Shown here: positions 26,032 to 32,000 of the stretch, in pieces
Position numbering within the stretch: position 1 is the first letter of the stretch
Layout: every line of letters begins with the position of its first letter
Assembly (NCBI GenBank): GCA_016699955.1
Contig: CP064993.1
Coordinates: 1,110,001-1,142,000, forward strand
DNA from: Candidatus Saccharimonadota bacterium
Lineage (GTDB): Bacteria > Patescibacteriota > Saccharimonadia > Saccharimonadales > UBA4665
DNA length: 32,000 nt
Direction of reading: 5' to 3'
The notes under the pieces: generated by a model
What the model was told of the DNA's origin: nothing
Databases searched by the model: none
What the model saw: only the letters and a program-made list of their open reading frames with translations
Made by a program: the position numbers and the translations under genes

Positions 26032-26232
26032 TGGCTGGGGATGAGGGATAGCGGCTAAAACCTTCTCCACTTGTTTGCAAAATGAACAAGCTCATTTTTC
26101 TACACTGCGCTACGCCGAACCTCCCAATACGTTTTGCTCCGCAAAACTTCGGAGCCTCGTATCCCAACAGTCGCAGAGTCAAGAAGAAACACCCTGCAGC
26201 CGTAGGGTGTTTCTTCTTGACTGGGTATCTGT
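26032..26232 (-). repeat. Junction unit U2: core motif copy 3 (26032-26049), structured core, 18-bp hairpin (26178-26221), degenerate motif CTGGGTATC
   Basis: TGGCTGGGGATGAGGGATAG is present. GGGAT/GAGG pairs with CCTC-GT-ATCCC (26155-26165). Hairpins are CTTGTT..AACAAG and GCTCCG..CGGAGC. GTCAAGAAGAAACACCCT pairs with AGGGTGTTTCTTCTTGAC. Confidence 0.75.
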
Positions 26233-26249
26233 GACGAAGTTTGTATCAT

Positions 26250-26400
26250 ACCCCCTAGACCTACGGGTCTAAACTAAAAGAGGAGATCCAGCCTGATGAA
26301 GTTTGGAGAAATGGCGACAGCCATTTCATCCACTGTTCTAGCGTCTGGTCTCCTCTGTTGGTGTGTCAATCTATACCAGGTTGAGTGATGCTACTCAAAT
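26250..26400 (+). ncRNA. Candidate IS110 bridge-RNA-like structured leader
   Basis: Nested helices: 26279-26291 pairs with 26345-26356, GAAATGGC-GACA-GCCATTTC lies at 26308-26327, and TAGACC-TACG-GGTCTA at 26256-26271. Internal-loop segments match DNA at 27477-27492 (see findings). Confidence 0.35.
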
Positions 26401-26519
26401 AACACACAAGCCTATTGTACGCCAACGCCGGAGGGGACTGCAATGCATCTCCGCTTTCTTCTCTTTTCCTTTTCTCTTCTTTCTTTAACAGATGAACGTA
26501 ACACTGTAGGAGGATTACT

Positions 26520-27470
26520 ATGCAAGTAGTCGGTTTTGACGTAGGTAAAGACAGTTTATTCGGCGCCCGGATAGATGCCAGTACGAACGTAAAAGAACGC
26601 TTTGAGATACGAAACAACCAGGCAGCAATTACTACTGTCCTGGCGGACCTGCGGAGCCGCTACCGACGGCTTCTGGTAGCTAGTGAGTCAACCGCTGAAT
26701 ACCACCTAACACTCGCCCGGGTGTGCCTTGATCTGGGTATCCCATTTCGCCTGCTTAACCCGATTATTACTAAGCAATTTACCCGCGCTACCGTCCGGAA
26801 GATGAAGACCGATCCGTCTGACGCCTGGGTCATTGCTAAGCTCGCTCAACAAGGTGAAGGAACTCGTGTCACTGAAGATTTGTTCCATCCCAACAAACCA
26901 ATCCTGCGTACTAGCATGCGCTTGACGAGATTTTCCCAGATACTAGACCTCACGCAGCAACGACTTGCCACCAGATTACCGGAGGAGACTGCGTTACTAG
27001 AGGAACTACATGACTGCCAGGTACGCTTGGAGACGGCGGTAGCCGTCTTCCGAACGAGAGCCAGAAGTACGACTGATGACCATCTCCACCAACTACTCAT
27101 GACGATCCCGGGCATTGGTGAAACCATTGCCACTACCCTGATTGCTGAGATTGGAGATATTACTAGATTTCATGGGCCGAAGGCACTAGTGGCATTTGCC
27201 GGCCTCGACCCACGCGTCCGGCAGAGTGGCTACAGTTTGCAGCGCAATACCAAACTCACGAAACGAGGCTCGCCGTATTTACGGCGTAACCTCTACATTG
27301 CGGCGAGTGTGGCTCAGCGCTACGACAACCAGTACAAAGTTGCATTCAACAAGAAACGAGCTGAGGGCAAACGCAACAAAGCCGCCACCATTGTGGTGGC
27401 TAGAAAGATTCTCAACACTGCTTACGCAGTATGGAGTAGTGATACTCCGTACCACCCACCTAAAGCTTGA
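26520..27470 (+). CDS. IS110-family transposase (DEDD recombinase)
   Basis: The N-terminus VVGFDVGKDSL carries the first D of the DEDD motif. The C-terminus IPGIGETIATTLIAEIGDITRFHGPKALVAFAGLDPRVRQSG matches the Transposase_20-type signature. AGGAGG lies 7 nt upstream of the ATG. Confidence 0.92.
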   Translation: MQVVGFDVGKDSLFGARIDASTNVKERFEIRNNQAAITTVLADLRSRYRRLLVASESTAEYHLTLARVCLDLGIPFRLLNPIITKQFTRATVRKMKTDPSDAWVIAKLAQQGEGTRVTEDLFHPNKPILRTSMRLTRFSQILDLTQQRLATRLPEETALLEELHDCQVRLETAVAVFRTRARSTTDDHLHQLLMTIPGIGETIATTLIAEIGDITRFHGPKALVAFAGLDPRVRQSGYSLQRNTKLTKRGSPYLRRNLYIAASVAQRYDNQYKVAFNKKRAEGKRNKAATIVVARKILNTAYAVWSSDTPYHPPKA

Positions 27471-27558
27471 CTTGAGATACCAGGTCTAGAACTTTATTGG
27501 TAAACTCAATATGTATTTCTTATTAAGCTGCCCGTCGTAGACGTACTTCGAACTTTTG

Positions 27559-28119
27559 TTAGGAAGTGACTGGGTAACTGTTTGTAGCTACATCGATGCT
27601 ATTAACTGAAAGCAACTGTCTGGAACAATTATCGCCGATAATCATATCAGGTATTGCTATTATTTCGCCCTGATATACGAATGTCGTTTTGTCGGCGACA
27701 ATATTATGATCTTTGTCGCAGAATAATGAAGCAAATGAGGGATTAACATTGCCTTTCTCACTAATCATGACCACTTGCTGTGTGCCGGAGATGTCTTCAG
27801 TCCATTGATTGTTTACTGTAAACGGTCCGATTTTATGTTCAGTAGTAAGAGTTGCGCTACCTTCAACTTCATGATTTGATGTGATAATACTCAACACCCT
27901 TGCTCCAGTAGCACTGATATTCAGGTATAACTTATTACCGTTAGCAGTGAAGAACGGATGCTTATACTCTGAGATAGCAGTCATTTGTGGGCTTTCGGAT
28001 GAGCTGCTGCATGAAGCCAGCGCCCCTGATAGTAATAAACTTGATGCAAGTACTGCTGCATTTCTAGGTGTAGCTAGTCGTCGACCAGGAGATTCTGCAA
28101 TTGATTTTCTAATAAACAT
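27559..28119 (-). CDS. Putative lipoprotein
   Basis: Signal sequence ending in the lipobox LASC (SSLLLSGALASCSSSS), 186 aa. Promoter-like TTGACC-17 nt-TTATTA ends 7 nt before the ATG. Confidence 0.65.
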   Translation of the reverse strand: MFIRKSIAESPGRRLATPRNAAVLASSLLLSGALASCSSSSESPQMTAISEYKHPFFTANGNKLYLNISATGARVLSIITSNHEVEGSATLTTEHKIGPFTVNNQWTEDISGTQQVVMISEKGNVNPSFASLFCDKDHNIVADKTTFVYQGEIIAIPDMIIGDNCSRQLLSVNSIDVATNSYPVTS

Positions 28120-28166
28120 TAGATGATAATAACATAAAAGTACGGGTCAGGTCAACTAATATAGCG

Positions 28167-29687
28167 GTAGCTGCTCACTACCCCAAAGTAGCAAGTGCCT
28201 TAAAGTAACCCGTAGGGTTAGTGCGCCACGTAGTGGTGCACAAAGATAAGATGGTAGCGAGTGCTCGGGCACCCTTTTCTGTTTGGCTACCGAAAGAGCG
28301 TTTGCGCTTTAGTACAAGTTGCCTTAGGTCGCGTTCAGCTCGGTTATTGTCACAGGGCGTGTTGTAGATGAGACAGGCAAACAACTTTGCTTGTCCTGCT
28401 CTGGTAAGCTGAGCTTTCAGCTTGGTGAGTTTTACTGGCTCGGTGGCATTAGTCTGCAATAACGGTTGAAGCCGTTGCCAAAACACATTGCTTTGCTTTG
28501 TCCTGGCTGCAGGATCATAGGTTTTTGCGAGGCATTGTCTCAGATCCTGGTAGATACTCGCGAACTGCTCGTACCACCAAGTTACGTCAGGTAACTGTTC
28601 TTCGGGTAGGTTGTCGTTGTAGCGCAGATCCCGAATGCAACGGTACAAGTGAGCCCAGCATAGCTGTTGCTGTCCGGGGAGACTACGGTATACGGCGTAG
28701 TCATCAGAAATACGGACACCCGTAAACTGTTCACCAATGAGATTACGGGCGTGGGTTACACCACGACTGTTCTCTAGTGAATAGCAAACCTTTTCACTGC
28801 TGGCATCGCTAAGGCACCATGCGTAGCCATAGCCGTCATTCTGTTGGATTGCCCACGGCGTTTCATCAACATGGATGGCTGGTGCGGCGCGAATGTCAGC
28901 TTTGAGTTGGCCAAGAGCCTGACGCCACCGCTCGTGTTGTTTCTGAAGGATACTGGCTACTTCTCCGTCAGATACGGCAAGGCCGTACAAACTATGTAGC
29001 AACTGTGTTACCTGTGTATAGCTCATACCGAGTGCGCTGATCAGGTGACAGATAAGCAGCTTGGAATTAGGCCCAAGCGTCACCACTTGGCCGCCAAGTG
29101 CTTTGCCACTGGTGGCTTTGCCGCAAGCGGCACAAACACCACGCTGCACGAGATACTTTGTCACGAGGCGTGAAGAGTAGTTTGGAGTTAATTCAGGCGA
29201 AGGGATATCCTCTTCATAGCGATCATGGGTTGTGACGTTTCTTAACTCGCCACCGCAGAGACAGAGTTCAGGTAGGGGATGACTACCTCATTCATAATGG
29301 CTGTAGCGGGTGGAATTGGCCGACGGTAGGAGGCTTTGGTGCGGGGCAATTTCTGGATCTCGGGCTGCACTGGAACTGCCGTTCCAGTCGGTGGCCGTTT
29401 CTTCTTGCCAAATACCATGGTTTGAAGCTCTGCTATCTGAATTGCCTGAGTCTTGTTTTGCTCAAGTGCTTGGTTGAGCAGCTGGCGGAGCTCCTTGTTC
29501 TCAGCTTTCAATTCGGCGATCTGTATGCGATCATGCGCATGTAGCTTCCGAAGGTTACGGAGCTCTACCATCCGTGCGGTAATAACATCGTCTGAAAGTT
29601 TTCGAGTCATATGTGTTTGTTTTGATTCGTCCTAAACTAAAGTTTAGCCCGAATGCTTTGATGAGGCAAGAGGTAGTGAGCGGTTAC
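28167..29687 (-). mobile_element. IS66-family insertion sequence (single-ORF type), complete ends
   Basis: The left terminal repeat GTAGCTGCTCACTACCCC (28167-28184) matches the reverse complement of 29670-29687 (GTAACCGCTCACTACCTC) at 15 of 18 positions. A perfect 8-bp direct repeat ATATAGCG flanks the element at 28159-28166 and 29688-29695. Confidence 0.9.
28178..29610 (-). pseudogene. IS66-family transposase split by one frame change (ORFs 29242-29610 and 28178-29164, or up to 29287 in the second frame)
   Basis: The N-terminal coiled-coil ORF ends at 29242. The frame one nucleotide back (-1) is open from 29287 and reads HPLPELCLCGGELRN...VCAACGK (zinc-finger region). It continues into the DDE core (DETPW..., CWAHLYRCIRDL, CDNNRAERDLR). 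The frames overlap at 29245-29287 around a C4 run. Confidence 0.8.
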
Positions 29688-29718
29688 ATATAGCGATTAA
29701 TAACATAATACTTATGCT

Positions 29719-29736
29719 TGGCTAGGGATGAGGGAT
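29719..29736 (-). repeat. Core junction motif copy 4 (TGGCTAGGGATGAGGGAT)
   Basis: 17 of 18 positions match the copy at 26032-26049, and both continue with AG. It lies between the cupin stop (29776) and the IS66 target site. Confidence 0.8.
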
Positions 29737-29775
29737 AGAACTATTCCACACTTTGTTCGGAATAATTCATAGATC

Positions 29776-30168
29776 CTATGCCGTTGTTTTGCCGTCAAAT
29801 TTATCTTCAACTTCATCGGCCTTCGTAGGCTGAATAGTGTCCTTAAGGTGATTGGGTGGCGAATAAAGCGTGTAAAGTTTTAGCTCGACATCGCCCGTAT
29901 TGGTAACATTGTGGTAGGTGCCTGCTGGAATAATAATCGCCCAATCATCCTTCAGCTCATATTCATTTTCACCGTTGTTTAACACAACTTTCGCTTTACC
30001 ACTCTCGACCCTTATAAATTGATCGAGTCCGTGAATCTCATTACCAATTTCTGTGCCAGGAGGTAGGCTCATAAGAACTAGCTGTGTGTAATGCGTGGTG
30101 TGGATTACACGACGGTAATCTGAATTTTCGGTGGTTAGCTTTCCAATGTTTTTTACAAAGTATTTCAT
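29776..30168 (-). CDS. Cupin domain protein
   Basis: MKYFVKNIGKL... with G.EIGNEIHGLDQFIRVESG and IIIPAGTYHNVTNTG cupin motifs. Start 30168 is preferred: a TATACT -10 lies 6 nt upstream, and the ORF-track extension to 30324 runs through junction unit U3. Confidence 0.85.
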   Translation of the reverse strand: MKYFVKNIGKLTTENSDYRRVIHTTHYTQLVLMSLPPGTEIGNEIHGLDQFIRVESGKAKVVLNNGENEYELKDDWAIIIPAGTYHNVTNTGDVELKLYTLYSPPNHLKDTIQPTKADEVEDKFDGKTTA

Positions 30169-30221
30169 AAACTCAGTATACTCCGGCTGCGTTAATGCGT
30201 CTGTGATTAATAAAACAAAAC

Positions 30222-30425
30222 TGGCTGGGGATGAGGGATTCGACCTACTTTCAGCAGGCCTGTCGCAACTTCTTTGCAAAACTAGTTTGCAAGAGTTGAC
30301 TCCCTTGCGAATTGCCACCGGCAATTCTCACCCCGATCCTTAAGGTCAGAAATTCGAGCCCATAATCTCTAATATGCAAAAAGCCGGGTCAAGAAGACCA
30401 GTCTTTTTGCATGGCTGGGGGTAAG
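30222..30425 (-). repeat. Junction unit U3: core motif copy 5 (30222-30239, extended through a T-loop-like TTCGACC), helix-closed structured core, bidirectional hairpin (30373-30412), partial copy 6 (30412-30425)
   Basis: GGGG(A)TGAGGG (30227-30237) pairs with TTCTCACCCC (30325-30334). The inner hairpin GAATTGCC-ACC-GGCAATTC is perfect. The terminal segment AATATGCAAAAAGCCGG.TCAAGAAGACCAG.CTTTTTGCATG.CTGGGG is shared with U1. Confidence 0.8.
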
Positions 30426-30555
30426 TCCGACGCTTTGAACCCTTTATTTTCAGATTTCGTGCTCAATTGTCAGAAACCAAAGAAATTGGGCTTCATCCAC
30501 TTCAAGGGTAAAGTTACTGTTGCAGAACCTTAAGGGAATGAAGCAACCGGCTAGT

Positions 30556-31596
30556 TTACTCTATATCAAGAAGCACTCCGTACGAATCTTTGACGATTTG
30601 TTTCATGAGACTTATGTCGTTCATCTCATAGAACGCGATACAAGCACGTCGGTAGCGTGTCGGCTCGATACTGCCAAGGGTGATCGGTGGATATTCGTTG
30701 CTTTCAAGAATTGCGTTTGCGAGCACCCGTGCGGTTCTTTTATTGCCGTCGGCAAAAGGCTGCAGATAGGATATAAGCAGTAAAATTGCAAGTGCCTTAT
30801 CGAGTGGTTGTTCCATGGAGTTGACGGCGCTGATTACCTTATCGAAGTTCTCGTCGATTTGCGCACTGTGAGTAAGGGGGATGTATTTTGATCCGCTAAT
30901 ACGAACGGCTGCTGTACGCAAGCCATACGATACATCGAGATCTTGGACTAGTAGCTCATGGAGCCTGAGTATCAGCGGGCGTGATATTGTTTTGAAGCTT
31001 TCCCTGTTCCCAAGTATGAAGTCATAGGCTTTTTGATGGTTTACAATCATCACGGCTTCTTGGTGAGTTTTGCCAGCAGCTTCTACCCTGTCTAGCAATA
31101 ATGTTTCTGTCTCTAGCTCCGAGTATGTATTGCCTTCGATGGAGCTAGATTTCCAAGCAAACTCTATAAGCCATTTCTGGCGCCATCTTGCTAACAGGGT
31201 GCTGTCCAGAGATTCCAGAAAATGTTGATACTTTGTTACGATCATCCTTTCGGCATTACCAAAAACGCCCTCGCCGATGTATCGCGCAGTCATTTCTGGT
31301 GCGTCAAGCAGATAACGAACCGACTGCCTTGCATCGTCTCTTAAATACGCATCGATTGCATCTGCCGAACGTTCTATATGAAGCCGTCCTAGTGTTGTAA
31401 GAGAATGTTGGCGACTAGGGCCAGCACCTTCGCTGGCTACTAGGCCTGCTACCGTCAGAGCTTTAACATCTCGCTGGATCGTATCGTCAGATACAGCGAA
31501 GCCTATTTCTGTCATCATCTCTAATACTTTTGCCGTGCTCGCTGGCAGCATAAACAGAACATTCAGTAGGTCACTTTGTCGTTTCTGTAGTTTCAT
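30556..31596 (-). CDS. Fic/DOC-family protein with an N-terminal HTH-like region and a degenerate active-site motif
   Basis: The Fic core region reads ISYLQPFADGNKRTARVLAN, against the canonical HPF.(D/E)GNGR..R. The N-terminus STAKVLEMMTEIGFAVSDDTIQRDVKAL is HTH-like. Start MKLQKRQ (31596) is preferred to the ORF-track start at 31626. Confidence 0.75.
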   Translation of the reverse strand: MKLQKRQSDLLNVLFMLPASTAKVLEMMTEIGFAVSDDTIQRDVKALTVAGLVASEGAGPSRQHSLTTLGRLHIERSADAIDAYLRDDARQSVRYLLDAPEMTARYIGEGVFGNAERMIVTKYQHFLESLDSTLLARWRQKWLIEFAWKSSSIEGNTYSELETETLLLDRVEAAGKTHQEAVMIVNHQKAYDFILGNRESFKTISRPLILRLHELLVQDLDVSYGLRTAAVRISGSKYIPLTHSAQIDENFDKVISAVNSMEQPLDKALAILLLISYLQPFADGNKRTARVLANAILESNEYPPITLGSIEPTRYRRACIAFYEMNDISLMKQIVKDSYGVLLDIE

Positions 31597-31784
31597 ACGT
31601 GCCCTAATTTTACCACAACACCGCAAAGGTGGCGTATTTTAGTCTCGAATACCCGCATATTGCGGTGATTACCTGGCGTTTTTACTGATACTCACCTTGC
31701 TCATATCAACATGTCGCGGAGTATACAGTGATGTGATTTTTTTCAAATTGCCTAAAACATACCATCTATACAGTGTGATTATAT

Positions 31785-31802
31785 TGGCTGGGGCTAGTGG
31801 AT
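31785..31802 (-). repeat. Core junction motif copy 7 (TGGCTGGGGCTAGTGGAT, diverged)
   Basis: The first 9 nt are identical to the consensus and 14 of 18 match overall. It is intergenic, upstream of the Fic gene. Confidence 0.55.
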
Positions 31803-31857
31803 GTATTCCAGGAAAACCGACAATTCCACATCACGGGTGTGGTCTCACTAGAGATGG

Positions 31858-31863
31858 TATAAT
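31858..31863 (+). promoter_or_regulatory. Extended -10 (TGGTATAAT) for the last plus-strand gene
   Basis: TGG precedes TATAAT (31858-31863). AAGGAG lies at 31881-31886 and the ATG at 31896. Confidence 0.45.
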
Positions 31864-31895
31864 CAGCACATTATAGTAAGAAGGAGCATGGTCGT

Positions 31896-32000
31896 ATGAT
31901 TCTAACTGACAAAGTAGTCCAAACAGGATTAGATGATACCAACCAACATTTAGCCAGTGATCTTGCAGGGCATGAAAAAGAGGCTGAGGCTAAAGGTGAG
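31896..32000 (+). CDS. 5' end of an unidentified protein-coding gene that runs off the window
   Basis: An ATG with a good Shine-Dalgarno sequence, then 35 open codons (MILTDKVVQTGLDDTNQHLASDLAGHEKEAEAKGE). Confidence 0.4.
   Translation, partial: MILTDKVVQTGLDDTNQHLASDLAGHEKEAEAKGE

Larger units (their letters stand above)
26224..27472 (+). mobile_element. IS110-family insertion sequence (ends approximate, about +/-30 nt)
   Basis: It has a DEDD-type transposase ORF, a non-coding left end of about 296 nt and almost no right end (IS110-subgroup layout). CTTGACT is found at both presumed junctions (26217-26223 and 27466-27472). Confidence 0.7.

Noticed and set aside
26075-26617. ORFs 26075-26272 (+) and 26366-26617 (-).
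   Set aside because: The first spans the hairpins of junction unit U2. The second lies antisense across the IS110 left end and transposase start. Neither has a start context or a recognisable protein pattern, so both are treated as spurious.
29776-30324. The 182-aa ORF-track version of the cupin gene.
   Set aside because: The extra 52 N-terminal codons run through junction unit U3 and have atypical composition. An internal ATG at 30168 with a TATACT box 6 nt upstream gives a normal cupin of about 130 aa.
30227-30420. The plus-strand sequence GGGGATGAGGGATTCGACC looks like the conserved 5' end of tmRNA (GGGG..G....GGATTCGAC).
   Set aside because: No matching tmRNA 3' half (T-arm plus ...TCCACCA) occurs within several hundred nt or anywhere else in the window. 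No convincing Ala-initiated tag ORF ending in a hydrophobic ...AA tail is present. The motif occurs seven times, and the TGGCT immediately upstream of GGGG is conserved. That conservation fits a CCA-terminated tRNA 3' end on the opposite strand better. It should still be tested with ARAGORN or the Rfam tmRNA model.
24853-31802. An intact tRNA gene at any of the motif copies.
   Set aside because: For each copy I tried to extend a cloverleaf on the minus strand. The 5' T-stem strand, the anticodon arm and a 5' acceptor strand (TGGGGAT) are absent. Only the last 18-24 nt are tRNA-like.
13943-31802. A classical integron (intI plus attC cassette array).
   Set aside because: No IntI-like tyrosine recombinase is in the window. 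I did not see GTTRRRY / RYYYAAC core sites at the unit ends. Most units carry their own promoters and terminators. Only the overall cassette-like layout is similar.

Overview
The window is bacterial, with small genes and many tiny membrane or secreted proteins. Sortase/LPXTG biology and promoters that sit directly on start codons fit a Gram-positive-type or CPR/Saccharibacteria-like genome, but that taxonomy is inference only. Bases 1-7200 look like ordinary core: the tail of a cell-wall protein, a pilin-like protein, rarA, maf and an ABC-2 exporter pair. From about 7.2 kb onward the window is accessory. It holds an orphan three-gene phage tail-fibre-like module (7759-10412). It also holds a long run of mostly single-gene units, almost all on the minus strand: alpha/beta hydrolase, two cupins, a methyltransferase, an APC permease, vapBC, a sortase plus an LPXTG DUF3494 protein, HIT-like, GyrI-like, a DUF3267-like HExxH protein, a lipoprotein and a Fic protein with a degenerate motif. 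Two insertion sequences are present. The IS66-family element is delimited exactly by inverted repeats and an 8-bp target duplication. The IS110-family element has a structured non-coding left end. The most unusual signal is a family of same-orientation intergenic junction elements. Their 18-nt core, read on the minus strand (ATCCCTCATCCCCAGCCA), has the geometry of a tRNA-Gln 3' end. Seven copies lie between 24.8 and 31.8 kb, each pair bracketing one gene. Three copies are embedded in helix-closed, multi-hairpin units of about 170-200 nt. Weaker TTGGCTG-type relatives occupy many upstream spacers. No intact tRNA, integrase, CRISPR array or rRNA was seen. All homology statements come from remembered motifs, not searches.
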